A stretch of DNA of 35,379 nt from Desulfobacterales bacterium (GCA_040771865.1 JAXGZF010000007.1:372001-407379); one strand, 5' to 3'; shown: positions 1-10,087, counted from the first letter of the stretch. The notes: generated by a model not told the origin, from the sequence alone. Program-made: numbers and translations.

Positions 1-2
1 TG

Positions 3-533
3 AGGGAAGACGCCGTTTTTATCGCCGACGGAGGGGACGTGGTCACCATGTCCGCAAGCATTCTCACTCCCGGCCGGCCGGGTCGCTGGCTGGACCCCGG
101 CCCTCTGGGCACCCTCGGCGTGGGAACCCCTTTTGCCATCGCCGCCAAGGCGGCCATGCCGGATACGGAGGTTGTCGTCCTCTTCGGGGACGGGGCCTTC
201 GGGCTGACCGGCTTTGATTACGACACCCTGATCCGTTTCAATCTGCCCGTCATCGGCGTGGTGGCGAACAACGCCGCCTGGAACCAGGTTCGCTACGGAC
301 AGATGGAGAAATACGGACGCGTGAAAGGCGAGGCAGCCAACCGGCTTTCTCCGCTGCGCTATGATCGCGTTGTGGAGGCCATGGGAGGGTATGGCGAGCA
401 GGTCACGGAACCCTCTCAGATTCGTCCGGCCCTGGAGCGGGCCCGAAAATCGGGCAAGCCGTCCCTGATCAATGTCATGGTCGATCCCGATGTGTTCAGC
501 TCCGGCACCAAGCAGCAGTCCATGTTCAAATAA
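3..533 (+). CDS. Thiamine pyrophosphate-dependent enzyme (acetolactate synthase / 2-hydroxyacyl-CoA lyase-like), C-terminal part, 5' truncated by window edge
   Basis: Frame is open from base 3 (REDAVFIADGGD). TPP-binding motif GDGAFG...NNAAW and the GTLGVG segment are present. Confidence 0.88.
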   Translation, partial: REDAVFIADGGDVVTMSASILTPGRPGRWLDPGPLGTLGVGTPFAIAAKAAMPDTEVVVLFGDGAFGLTGFDYDTLIRFNLPVIGVVANNAAWNQVRYGQMEKYGRVKGEAANRLSPLRYDRVVEAMGGYGEQVTEPSQIRPALERARKSGKPSLINVMVDPDVFSSGTKQQSMFK

Positions 534-581
534 GAATCCGGGAAGAACCAGTTCGCGTCAGCGCCTTTGAGGGAGGATGAT

Positions 582-914
582 ATGCAGGACAACAAAAATG
601 TGAACGGAATGGTTTTGAATATTAAAGACATGGTCTCTTATCAGCCCGGATCGGTTGTGAGCCGCACCCTTATTGACAAGCGCGTTGGAACGGTTACGGT
701 GTTCGCGTTCGACTCCGGCCAGGGTCTGAGTGAGCACACCGCGCCTTTTGATGCGCTGTTTCAGGTCGTTGACGGGGCTGCGGACATAACCATCGCGGGC
801 GCGGTGCATACCGTTCGAGAAGACGAGATGATCATCATGCCTGCAAATAAACCGCATGCCTTAAAAGCCAACCCCCGGTTCAAGATGCTGCTGATCATGA
901 TCAGACAGTCATGA
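582..914 (+). CDS. Cupin domain protein
   Basis: GGAGG RBS before ATG 582; cupin motifs FAFDSGQGLSEHTAP and IIMPANKPHAL. Confidence 0.88.
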   Translation: MQDNKNVNGMVLNIKDMVSYQPGSVVSRTLIDKRVGTVTVFAFDSGQGLSEHTAPFDALFQVVDGAADITIAGAVHTVREDEMIIMPANKPHALKANPRFKMLLIMIRQS

Positions 915-979
915 TGCGCATCAACAGGAGGCCGGGAATGATCGATTCAAAAATTGTAATCGGGATTTGAAAAATCGAT

Positions 980-1396
980 TCAGAGCAATCGGTTGGACTC
1001 GACCTTCATGCATCTTCCCGCGACCACTCCATATCCCTCCTGATCCAGCTTCTTTATGGTTTCCGGGTTTTCCGCGCCCGGCTGCATCCAGAATATCCTG
1101 AAGCCTTTCTGCTTGGCCTCTTCGGCCAGTGCCGGCACGGCGGAGGGGCTGCGGAATACGTCCACGATATCAATCTCATCCGGTATGTCCTGAATAGAGG
1201 CGTAGACTTTCTCCCCCAGAATGGTCTGACCGGCGAATTTGGGATTGACGAGATAGAGCTTGAAGCCGTGGCTTTGCAGGACCTCTGAGACGAAATAACT
1301 GGGCTTCAAAGGGTCTGAGGAGATGCCGACCACGCAGATGGTGCGGCAGCCTTGCAGCGCATCCTTAAGATCTTTGTCTTCCTGAAGTATGGGCAT
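980..1396 (-). CDS. CoA-binding protein (YccU-like)
   Basis: TICVVGISSDPLKPSYFVS, LVNP, IDIVDVFR and FWMQPG motifs. Start placed at ATG 1396 (ORF track starts at 1408). Confidence 0.9.
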   Translation of the reverse strand: MPILQEDKDLKDALQGCRTICVVGISSDPLKPSYFVSEVLQSHGFKLYLVNPKFAGQTILGEKVYASIQDIPDEIDIVDVFRSPSAVPALAEEAKQKGFRIFWMQPGAENPETIKKLDQEGYGVVAGRCMKVESNRLL

Positions 1397-1546
1397 AGTC
1401 AGATCCAATCTTGGTCAAAATAGATAAGTTGAATTTTACCGGATCATGCGGGGATGCCCGCCGATAATGGTCGGACTCTTACGGCACCGGATTTTTTACC
1501 ACATTATATATTCGTTCAATCACAAGAACGGATAAAAATGGCGGAA

Positions 1547-2140
1547 TTACCATTTCTCCCAGTGTATTTTCTCCGGCTTATACTTGTCTTTCGGTTGATC
1601 TGTTCCGGTCGGAACGCCCACCGGCGTCACGTTCAACGGAATCACATTCTGAGGGATTCCGAGCACGGCTCGCACATGGTTCATTCTGTCCTCATAGGGG
1701 TATGCGGCAGTCCACACGCCGCCGAGCCCGAGCGCTTCTATCGCGAGCAGGATATTTTGGCCTGCAAGCGATGCGTCGATGATGGCCAGATCCCTGTTCT
1801 TGTCATAAGCCTTGTCAGCCTCGGTGCAAACGATGATCGCCGCGCCCGCTTTTAAAAGCATCCTTGCATACGGAAGCCCGGCGGCAAGCTGGTCCAGCTT
1901 GTTTCTGTCAGTCACGGCCACAAAAGACCACGGCTGGGCATTCACCGCGGACGGCGCAGCCATGCCCGCTCTGATGATCTTGTCAAGATCGGTCCTGCTG
2001 ACAGGTGCGCCGGTGAAATTCCGTACGCTCTTTCTGGAATGAATTACGGAAAATGTATCTTTCATATCGACACCCTCCTGGGCATAAACCATTCCTGCCA
2101 TCACCAGGCACAAGATAAAGCCAATGCAGATCCTTCTCAT
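1547..2140 (-). CDS. Nitroreductase family protein with N-terminal signal-peptide-like segment
   Basis: RKSVRNF, APSAVNAQPW and LGLGGVW motifs; GGAGG RBS upstream. Confidence 0.92.
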   Translation of the reverse strand: MRRICIGFILCLVMAGMVYAQEGVDMKDTFSVIHSRKSVRNFTGAPVSRTDLDKIIRAGMAAPSAVNAQPWSFVAVTDRNKLDQLAAGLPYARMLLKAGAAIIVCTEADKAYDKNRDLAIIDASLAGQNILLAIEALGLGGVWTAAYPYEDRMNHVRAVLGIPQNVIPLNVTPVGVPTGTDQPKDKYKPEKIHWEKW

Positions 2141-2345
2141 TCCGTCCTCCTAATTGACTATGCCTTAATACCGTAAATTCAGAAAAGAAATATTATACTG
2201 TCTTTGACCGTGAAGCCGTGTTGCCGCAAGCCATCTGATGAGGATGGAATTTATGTAAAAATATAAATAGAATTAAATATTTAGCATATCTTCAGAATAA
2301 AATTAAGGAATGAAAATCGGATTCATCCTGCGCGCATCATGAAAT

Positions 2346-2374
2346 GCCGCCATGTTATCAACGAACATGGCGGC
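2346..2374 (-). terminator. Hairpin, probable terminator of the upstream minus-strand genes
   Basis: Perfect 11-bp stem GCCGCCATGTT / AACATGGCGGC with a 7-nt loop; the U-tract is weak. Confidence 0.5.
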
Positions 2375-2426
2375 TCACAAGTTCTCGGGCATTCTTGCTC
2401 CGCATGTGGAAATGCTCTCAGAGACG

Positions 2427-2654
2427 TTATGAATCTTTCGGGCTTGGGTAATATCCTTCCCCGCTCTTAAAAATTCCAATCTTCTCACGTTGATCATTCA
2501 AAACATCATACGTTTGTGGAGCCACTCTGCGCAGCTGCCATCCCTCATTTTTGCAAAACTGCTTTCTGAATTCCCAATACCCCAGATTTTCCGTGCCCTT
2601 TTCAGGACAGGCCTGGATCCCGGCGGCTTTCGACTTGTTCTCTTTTTCTGTCAT
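2427..2654 (-). CDS. Small hypothetical protein (75 aa)
   Basis: Purine-rich RBS-like run upstream, co-oriented with neighbours, protein-like composition; no family recognised. Confidence 0.6.
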   Translation of the reverse strand: MTEKENKSKAAGIQACPEKGTENLGYWEFRKQFCKNEGWQLRRVAPQTYDVLNDQREKIGIFKSGEGYYPSPKDS

Positions 2655-2783
2655 TGTCTCTCTTTCCCTTTATATTCCAATTGGTTAAACAGATCTTCGG
2701 GTATCCTCCATACCGATTCATCATTACAGCGCTCTGGAGTAGAATCTCAATCGGTTCTCAGAATTCATAATCATGGATTCCTA

Positions 2784-3593
2784 TCAAGCAGGCGTCAGTC
2801 CAACCATTTGCTCGACACGCCGGATTACCTCCGGGGCAAGCTGCAGGCCGGAAGCCAGATCCCGAAGGTAGTCCTTCTCAGCCGGCGTATCCACCTCAAT
2901 AGCCATGAGAGATGCAGCGTAAATTTCGGCTGCCAGTTCCGGACGGCCCTTGGCTGCGGAAATCAACTCTCCGGTGTCCATAGGCTTCTTCATCTGAGTC
3001 AGAACGTAGCGCTGGTCCTCCGCATCTGCCCCGACTTCCTGAAGCTTGCCGGCAATTCGCTGAATCTCTTGATCGTCGATTCGGCCGTCCGACTTGGCCG
3101 CGTTGACCATCGCCTTCAGAACGAGTTCAGCATGTTGCTCCAATTCCTGCCGGTCTGAGTCGGTCCGGGGCTCCAGGAGCCCTAGAGGCACCTGTTCTGT
3201 ACTCTTTCCGCTGCCCTGCAAAGCCTTAAAAGCCATGGCTCCGAGAAGGGCCATCACCCCTCCGCCGAGAGCGCCGCCCAATGATTTGCCTCCGCCGCCC
3301 AAGAGTGCCCCGGCCAGTGCGCCCAATCCGCCAAGAGCCAGGTTCTGTTTGCCGCCCGCCGCCTTTTCGGCCTGGTTCAGTACACCCCCAAGCATTCCCC
3401 CCAAGCCTCCCCCGCCACCACCCAGTGCACCGGAAAAAACGTCTCCCAATCCGCCTCCCTGCCCCTTGCCGAGCATACCACTCAGGCTTTCCAGAAGACC
3501 TCCCCTTTCACCCAAAGCGTTTCGCAGCCTTTGATTGGATGACGGCGCCATACCGGATTGCATCATTGCTCCCAACAGATCACTTATTCCCAT
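2784..3593 (-). CDS. DUF533 / TerB-like (YebE-like) membrane protein
   Basis: Gly-rich N-terminus, then LKAMVNAAKSDGRIDDQE and EIYAASLMAIEVDTPAEKDYLRDLA; GGAGG RBS. Confidence 0.9.
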   Translation of the reverse strand: MGISDLLGAMMQSGMAPSSNQRLRNALGERGGLLESLSGMLGKGQGGGLGDVFSGALGGGGGGLGGMLGGVLNQAEKAAGGKQNLALGGLGALAGALLGGGGKSLGGALGGGVMALLGAMAFKALQGSGKSTEQVPLGLLEPRTDSDRQELEQHAELVLKAMVNAAKSDGRIDDQEIQRIAGKLQEVGADAEDQRYVLTQMKKPMDTGELISAAKGRPELAAEIYAASLMAIEVDTPAEKDYLRDLASGLQLAPEVIRRVEQMVGLTPA

Positions 3594-3688
3594 TTAACGA
3601 TCCTCCTGCATTTATTAAAGTCAAACGGCAACTCCTTCCACACTCTCCGGCCTTACGATAAGGATATGAAATGCTTCACAGGAACGCC

Positions 3689-4120
3689 TTAGGCAATAGG
3701 GATGCGGATTTTCTGTCCCGGAAAAATGAGGTTCGGATCTTTAATGACTTCCCGATTCGCTTCAAAAATCTTTGGATAGTCGTTCGCTCTACCGTAAAAC
3801 TGTTTTGCTATCGCAGACAGTGTATCTCCTTTCTTGATAATATAATACTCAACCTTGACTTGAACGGAAGGAACCTGAAGCTTATCGATCTTCACTTCGG
3901 TAACCCCTTGAATGTTGCCGGCCATCAGCACGGCTTTTTCCATGGCTTCTGCGCTTCCGGCCTGTCCTGAAATCGAAACAACCCCTTCCTTGAACTCAAC
4001 GTCGAGGCTCGATATGCCCGGATTGGCCTCCTCGATGTGTGCCTTGATTTTTTCAGCCGCTTCCGCATCACGGTTGAACAGTTTACGACCGATCTCTTTA
4101 ACGAAATCAAAAAGTCCCAT
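3689..4120 (-). CDS. kbp: BON-LysM protein (Kbp/YgaU-like)
   Basis: MGLFDFVKEIGRKLF N-terminus, BON domain, LysM YIIKKGDTLSAIAK...KIFEANR...IFPGQKIRIP; AAGGAGG RBS. Confidence 0.9.
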   Translation of the reverse strand: MGLFDFVKEIGRKLFNRDAEAAEKIKAHIEEANPGISSLDVEFKEGVVSISGQAGSAEAMEKAVLMAGNIQGVTEVKIDKLQVPSVQVKVEYYIIKKGDTLSAIAKQFYGRANDYPKIFEANREVIKDPNLIFPGQKIRIPIA

Positions 4121-4991
4121 GGCGCCCTCCTTTCTATTCTGTGTTTATGTTGATAATCATTTTAGGGCGAAAAAGGCTGATGCAGGCCCATCCCCTTCTC
4201 CTGCATTCCGGCCAATTACGACCAAAAGAATCATGACGATTCCACCGGATAAAATTTCAGGATTCTGTGCATCGTTTATCTCTCGACTTTTTCTGTCGAA
4301 AATTTACCCTGCTCCGCTCTGTTCGTCGGCAGGACTTTATCAGGTCTGATTTCAAGGTAATGCGGTACCGCATGACCGCGGCGGAAGGCATGAAATAGGA
4401 TAAAAAAAAATATGCTGGTTAAAAGCGCAACGAAGATGCATGTGGCCGCCGGCCATATTGTTGATATTTTAACGCCGGCCGGAAAAATATTGCAAGCAAA
4501 TATCCAAAGAAGTGTTGAGACCTTATTCGGCGCATCGCCGTCATCGATACGGTTTTTGCTGTAGTCGGTCGTGAAATCGTACAAATTCGTCCTGAAAATA
4601 CCCGTCGGCCGATATTCGGAATATTCCGTTGACATATTTTTCAATTCCGGTGTCAGGGGCAAATCCAGGATATGGCGTTGGCATTCGGTTGCATCAAAAT
4701 GGCTACAAGGGAAGCTCAGTGAAAATCCGGCACGGATTCGCGTTGTGAGGTAGGATGAAACCCCGAAAAAGCCACTGCCTGGAAAATCATGAAAACTCGG
4801 GTCCACCCCTGAAATATGCTCTCGATATGAACTTTTCACGTTTGCAATCAAAGATACCGAATATTTGACTCGCGGAACGTAATACCCTATAAATCAAAAA
4901 TAGAGAGAATGTTCATGATCCGGTGTCTGTGAAACTGCTCCTGTCCGCCCGTTTCACGCCGTGTTTACCCTTTTCCTGCAAGAGGAAATGT

Positions 4992-5232
4992 ATGAAAAAA
5001 CAAAGCGTTTCTTCTCGTTGCTCCCGGCATTCTTCCGGGCTTTCCCGTGTTCAGCATGACCTATTACACCATGGTGCGCACCTCCACGCCGGAATTCTGC
5101 GTGTCCTGCCATGAAATCCAGTTCGACTACAACACCTGGAAAACCTCTTCGCATGTGAACAACGGTCAGGGATTTGTGGCGGACTGTATGGACTGCCACT
5201 CAAGATCTTTGGCGGCGCCCTGGCGATGGTGA
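4992..5232 (+). pseudogene. NapC/NirT-family membrane cytochrome c, frameshifted and truncated
   Basis: TSTPEFCVSCHE...WKTSSH...CMDCH gives two CXXCH motifs only. ATG 4992 (RBS GAGG) is one base out of frame at the A6 run 4995-5000; removing one A gives MKNKAFLLVAPGILPGFPVFSM. Confidence 0.85.
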
Positions 5233-5289
5233 AGGCAGAGGTCACGGAAAGGAGCAAGCATTCCGATCCTTGCCTGTGTAAAAAAGGTC

Positions 5290-5321
5290 AAAAGGGGCTT
5301 CGAGAAATCGAAGCCCCTTTT
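5290..5321. terminator. Bidirectional intrinsic terminator
   Basis: Perfect 14-bp stem AAAAGGGGCTTCGA-GAAA-TCGAAGCCCCTTTT between convergent genes. Confidence 0.85.
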
Positions 5322-5397
5322 CATTCTGAGCACAAGCGCGTGAAAGGCCTGGGCGCCATGGCGCTTTTCTCACCGTTCGGGCAACCTCCGGCGAGCG

Positions 5398-7929
5398 TCA
5401 CCTGACCTGGGGAAACCGGATCCCGCCCTCGGGCACGCGCTGCCATTTGAGTTCCACGGGAACGGAAGAGACGCGCCACACCTTTTCACAGTATTCGCGG
5501 ATCGAACGGTCTGAGGAAAACTTACCGATACGGGCCACATTGAGAATCGACATTCGCGACCACCGCTCGACATCCTTAAAAATTCCGCCCGCCTGCTGCT
5601 GGCAGTCGATGTATGACTGATAGTCGGCCAGCAGAAAATAAGGATCATCGGCGAGCAGTGAATCCAGCAGCGGTCTGAACAGTTCGCGGTCGCCGTGGGA
5701 GAAGTGACCGCAACGCACCAGGTCGATCACCGCGCGCAATTCCGGGTTGCCGTGGTAATAGTCCATGGGCGAGTACCCCTCGTTCTGTAAGGCGGCGACC
5801 TCGCTCACGGTCATGCCGAACAGGAAAAAGTTTTCGGCGCCGACTTCCTCCCGAATCTCCACGTTGGCGCCGTCCAGGGTGCCGATGGTCAAGGCCCCGT
5901 TCATGGAAAACTTCATGTTGCCGGTTCCCGAGGCTTCCTTGCCGGCAAGCGAGATCTGCTCGGACAGGTCGGCCATGGGGTAGATGGTGTGAGCGGTCTG
6001 CACGTTGTAATTGGGAACAAAAAAGACGCGCAGCCGGTCGCCCACATCCGGGTCGCTGTTGACCACATCGGCCACAGAATTGATAAATTTGATCATCAGC
6101 TTGGCCATGAAATAGCCGGGCGCCGCCTTGCCGCCGAAGACAAAAACCCTGGGAGTCAGATCCAGCGAGGGATCGGCCTTGATTCGGTTGTACAGAGTGA
6201 TGATGTGCAGGACGTTGAGATGCTGGCGCTTGTACTCGTGAATGCGTTTCACCTGAACGTCAAACATCGCGTAAGGATCGATGCGGACGCCTCCTTCCCA
6301 GGCGTATTCGGCGATGTCCTGCTTGTTGGCCTGTTTGACCCGCCTCCAGCGCTCTCGAAAGGCCGCATCATCGGCCAGAGGCTCGAGCCTGCGCAGCTCG
6401 TTCAGATCGGTGATCCACTTTTCTCCGATCGCCTCGGTGATCAGCCGTCCCAGCCGCGGGTTGCTGACCAGGATCCAGCGCCGCGGGGTCACTCCGTTGG
6501 TGATGTTGACGATTTTCCCCGGCCACAGGCGGTCGAAATCCGCCAGGGTCTGGTCCTTGAGCAGCCGCGTGTGCATCTCGGCGACCCCGTTGATGGTGTG
6601 GCTGCCGATGCAGGCAAGGTGGGCCATGCGGATCGAACGGGGCGGGGTCTCGTCGATAATCGAGATACGGCGGACAATATCCTCGTCGCCCGGATATTTG
6701 AACCGAACCTGATCGAGGAAGCGGTAGTTGATTTCGTAGATGATTTCCAGGTGCCGCGGCAGCAGGGCGCCGAACAGGGAGACCGGCCATTTCTCCGATG
6801 CCTCGGGCAGCAGGGTATGGTTGGTGTAGGAAAACGTCCGCGTGGTGATCTCCCAGGCCTGTTCCCACGGCATGCAGTAGATGTCGATCAGCAGCCGCAT
6901 CAGCTCAGGCACGGCCACCGCCGGGTGCGTGTCGTTGAGCTGAACGGCGTAAGTTTCGTGAAAGTTTTCCAGCGACTCGTTTTCAAAAAAATGCATGCGG
7001 ATCATGTCCTGCAGGGAGGACGAGACGAAAAAATACTGCTGTTCCAGCCGAAGCTGCTTGCCCTGAAACTGCTTGTCGTTGGGATAGAGCACCTTGGTGA
7101 TGTTTTCGGCGGCGATTTTTTCACCCACCGCACCGAAATAGTCGCCGATGTTAAAGTCCTGAAAATCGAAGGATTTGGTCGCCTCGGCGCTCCACAGCCG
7201 AAGCGTGCTGACCGTGTTGACCTTGTAGCCGGGCACCGGCGTATCGTAAGGGATAGCGATGACCTCGCGGGCAGGAACCCAGCGCAAGCAGTTTTTATGG
7301 TCATGATTCTTGTAGGTTTCCACAAAGCCCCCGAAGCCGACCTTCTGGGCCAGATCGGGCTTTTTGATCTCCCAGGGATTTCCGGGCTGCAGCCAGGGGT
7401 CGCTCAGCTCTTTTTGCCAGCCGTTCTCGATCTCCTGATCGAACATGCCGAATTCGTATCGGATTCCGTAACCAATGGCCGGAATCTGCAGGGTGGCAAG
7501 GGAGTCGAGATAACAGGCGGCCAGCCGCCCCAGGCCGCCGTTGCCGAGCCCCGGTTCCTCCTCGTGATCGATGATCGCTTTGAGGTCGAGTCCGGTTTCC
7601 TGGGTCGCCTGAAGAAAGTCCTCAAACAGTCCCATGCTGACCAGGTTGTTGCAGAGATGCGGCCCCATGAGAAACTCGGCGGACAGATAACATACGGTTC
7701 GAATCTTCTTTTCCAGCAGAGCCTCGGTGGAGTTGATGAACAGGAGCTGCATGCGGTCGCGCAGGGTCGAGGACACCGCCAGATAATAGTCGTTGAGAGA
7801 AACCGACATAACGGTCTTGCCCAACTGGTAGAACAGTTTGTAGGCAAAGGCGCGCTTGAGCTTGTTGATGTGGCCGTTGTCGTTTTTGGGGGCGGGGACG
7901 CCGCCCGCAGGGCATTGTGAATGATTCAT
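5398..7929 (-). CDS. glgP: Glycogen/starch/alpha-glucan phosphorylase
   Basis: LGNGGLGRLAAC, QLNDTHP, KRIHEYKRQ and PLP-lysine motif EASGTGNMKF. Start placed at ATG 7929 after AAGGAG (ORF track starts at 8088). Confidence 0.97.
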   Translation of the reverse strand: MNHSQCPAGGVPAPKNDNGHINKLKRAFAYKLFYQLGKTVMSVSLNDYYLAVSSTLRDRMQLLFINSTEALLEKKIRTVCYLSAEFLMGPHLCNNLVSMGLFEDFLQATQETGLDLKAIIDHEEEPGLGNGGLGRLAACYLDSLATLQIPAIGYGIRYEFGMFDQEIENGWQKELSDPWLQPGNPWEIKKPDLAQKVGFGGFVETYKNHDHKNCLRWVPAREVIAIPYDTPVPGYKVNTVSTLRLWSAEATKSFDFQDFNIGDYFGAVGEKIAAENITKVLYPNDKQFQGKQLRLEQQYFFVSSSLQDMIRMHFFENESLENFHETYAVQLNDTHPAVAVPELMRLLIDIYCMPWEQAWEITTRTFSYTNHTLLPEASEKWPVSLFGALLPRHLEIIYEINYRFLDQVRFKYPGDEDIVRRISIIDETPPRSIRMAHLACIGSHTINGVAEMHTRLLKDQTLADFDRLWPGKIVNITNGVTPRRWILVSNPRLGRLITEAIGEKWITDLNELRRLEPLADDAAFRERWRRVKQANKQDIAEYAWEGGVRIDPYAMFDVQVKRIHEYKRQHLNVLHIITLYNRIKADPSLDLTPRVFVFGGKAAPGYFMAKLMIKFINSVADVVNSDPDVGDRLRVFFVPNYNVQTAHTIYPMADLSEQISLAGKEASGTGNMKFSMNGALTIGTLDGANVEIREEVGAENFFLFGMTVSEVAALQNEGYSPMDYYHGNPELRAVIDLVRCGHFSHGDRELFRPLLDSLLADDPYFLLADYQSYIDCQQQAGGIFKDVERWSRMSILNVARIGKFSSDRSIREYCEKVWRVSSVPVELKWQRVPEGGIRFPQVR

Positions 7930-8186
7930 GGCCGCTCCTTCCGATTTGTTAATGATCTCAGTGTATGCAACGGGCAACAGCGTGTCAACACCTTCGGGCG
8001 GCACGAAATCGCAGGCCGGCGACGCTGATGGCGTAAACCGGGATTGAGCCGGTGCGAAGCGGCCAGAGTTTTTCATCGCGGCTGGCATATGGTTGAAAAA
8101 TCAGATGCGCTCAATGCCGCATATCGTCAAGCACAAGATTTCGGTGTATAATGGCTCCGTCGGCATGCCCCGGTTTTTTCCATGGT

Positions 8187-8229
8187 CTTGACATAAGTCA
8201 AGGACAACGGATTCTGATCCGCGTAAGAT
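8187..8229 (+). promoter_or_regulatory. CRP/FNR-family (HcpR-like) box plus -10 element of the hcp promoter
   Basis: Palindrome CTTGAC-ATAA-GTCAAG (8187-8202); TAAGAT at 8224-8229 puts the box centre at about -41.5. Confidence 0.75.
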
Positions 8230-8372
8230 AAATTCTACTTGCAGACAAAAAACCCACGGGCCGCGTTTGTACTCGCCGTTCCAGCGAAAGAACGCGCCCC
8301 AATTTTTTTGTTTCAAATGCTCTGTTGCAGGCAAAAAGGAAAAATACGGATTTTGATAAAAGGAGGTTTATC

Positions 8373-10034
8373 ATGTTTTGTTTTCAATGTCAGGAAACGG
8401 CCAAAAACACCGGTTGCACCGTCAGGGGTATGTGCGGAAAACCAGAAGAAACCGCCAACCTTCAGGACCTGCTGATTTTCGTTCTGAAAGGGATGGCGGT
8501 GTACGCGGAAAAATTAAAAGAACTGGGCATTCCGGACCGGAGCAACGATCTGTTTGTCGTTCAGGCGCTGTTTGCCACCATCACCAACGCGAACTGGAAT
8601 GACGCCCGGTTTACGGCCTGGATTCAGAAAGCCCTGAAGCGTCGGGACCTGCTTCGGTCCGCGTTTCTTTCCGCCTATAAGCGGAAGAACGGCCATGATT
8701 TTGACGAATCCCTGCCGGAGCTCGCCACCTGGACCGGAGATGCGTCCACGTTTGCCGAAAAAGCCAAGCAGGTCGGTATTCTGGCCACGGAGAACGAGGA
8801 TGTCCGTTCCCTTCGGGAACTGCTGGTGATCGGACTCAAGGGCGTTTCCGCCTATACGGACCATGCCGCCGTTCTCGGGTTTCGAAAGGCGGAAATCAAC
8901 GATTTCATCATGCAGGGCCTGGCCTCCACCACGAAAGTTCTTTCCGTTGATGAAATGGTGAGGCTGGTCTTGAAATGCGGAGAAACGGCAGTCACCGCCA
9001 TGGCCCTTCTGGACGAGGCCAACACCACTACATACGGCCACCCGGAAATCAGCCGGGTCAATATCGGGGTGGGAAAAAATTCAGGAATTCTGATCAGCGG
9101 ACACGACCTGAAGGACATGGAAGAGCTGCTCAAGCAGACCGAGGGCACGGGCATCGATGTGTATACTCACGGCGAGATGCTGCCGGCCAATTATTATCCG
9201 GCTTTCAAGAAATATTCCCATTTTGTGGGGAACTACGGCGGGTCCTGGTGGCGCCAGAACGAGGAGTTCGAGTCGTTTAACGGCCCGGTTCTGCTGACCA
9301 CCAACTGTCTGACGCCCCTGAAAAAAAGCAACACCTACCTGGACCGGCTCTTTACGACCGGAGTGGTGGGCTACAACGGCGCCGTCCACATTCCCGACCG
9401 CCCGGAAGGTGGGACCAAGGATTTTTCCGCCCTGATTCAGAAAGCCAAAACCTGTCCGCCGCCCGCTGAAATCGAAACCGGCGCCATTGTCGGCGGATTC
9501 GCCCGCAACCAGGTGCTGGCCCTGGCCGACAAGGTCGTGGCTGCCGTGAAATCCGGGGCCATTCGGCGGTTCGTGGTCATGGCCGGATGCGACGGCCGCC
9601 ACAAGAGCCGGAGTTATTATACCGAGGTTGCGGAAAATCTGCCCGAAGATACCGTGATTCTGACGGCCGGGTGCGCCAAATACCGCTACAACAAGCTGGC
9701 GCTGGGCGACATCGGCGGGATTCCCCGCGTTCTGGACGCCGGACAGTGCAACGACTCCTACTCCCTGGCCGTGATCGCCCTGAAGCTCAAGGAGGCATTC
9801 GGTCTCAACGACATCAACGATCTGCCTGTTTCCTACGACATCGCCTGGTATGAGCAGAAAGCAGTGGCGGTGCTGCTGGCTCTGCTGTTTCTCGGAGTGA
9901 AAGGGATCCGGCTCGGCCCCACGCTTCCGGCCTTTCTGTCCCCGAATGTGGCCAGAGTGCTCGTGGAAAAATTCGAAATAAAGCCCATCGGAACCGTTAC
10001 GGAAGATATCGCGGCCATGATGGCGGGAAAATAA
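8373..10034 (+). CDS. hcp: Hybrid cluster protein (hydroxylamine/NO reductase, prismane)
   Basis: [33 protein letters not shown] cluster motif; hybrid-cluster ligand motifs GHDL, HGEM, TNC, GCDG, GCAK, GQCND, WYEQK. Confidence 0.98.
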   Translation: MFCFQCQETAKNTGCTVRGMCGKPEETANLQDLLIFVLKGMAVYAEKLKELGIPDRSNDLFVVQALFATITNANWNDARFTAWIQKALKRRDLLRSAFLSAYKRKNGHDFDESLPELATWTGDASTFAEKAKQVGILATENEDVRSLRELLVIGLKGVSAYTDHAAVLGFRKAEINDFIMQGLASTTKVLSVDEMVRLVLKCGETAVTAMALLDEANTTTYGHPEISRVNIGVGKNSGILISGHDLKDMEELLKQTEGTGIDVYTHGEMLPANYYPAFKKYSHFVGNYGGSWWRQNEEFESFNGPVLLTTNCLTPLKKSNTYLDRLFTTGVVGYNGAVHIPDRPEGGTKDFSALIQKAKTCPPPAEIETGAIVGGFARNQVLALADKVVAAVKSGAIRRFVVMAGCDGRHKSRSYYTEVAENLPEDTVILTAGCAKYRYNKLALGDIGGIPRVLDAGQCNDSYSLAVIALKLKEAFGLNDINDLPVSYDIAWYEQKAVAVLLALLFLGVKGIRLGPTLPAFLSPNVARVLVEKFEIKPIGTVTEDIAAMMAGK

Positions 10035-10058
10035 TCAGGACATTCTGAAACCGTGAAA

Positions 10059-10087
10059 AAAGGGCTTCGAAATATCGAAAGCCCTTT
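10059..10087. terminator. Intrinsic terminator downstream of hcp
   Basis: AAAGGGCTTCGA-AATA-TCGAAAGCCCTTT hairpin with one bulge, followed by T-rich sequence. Confidence 0.75.

Noticed and set aside
2231..2247. CTGATGAG hammerhead/riboswitch-like core
   Set aside because: It sits in a simple CCATC/GATGG hairpin; no stem II plus GAAA or other required elements are visible.
4276..4851. 191-aa minus-strand ORF in the kbp-napC spacer
   Set aside because: No RBS, no recognisable motifs and atypical composition; treated as intergenic or decayed DNA.
5989..7920. 643-aa plus-strand ORF (and the similar 433-aa ORF at 25517-26818)
   Set aside because: Antisense shadows of glgP and DUF1846, expected from GC-rich codon bias.
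7960..7990. Sigma54 promoter upstream of glgP (TGACACGCTGTTGC)
   Set aside because: Lacks the invariant GG and has the wrong -24/-12 spacing.
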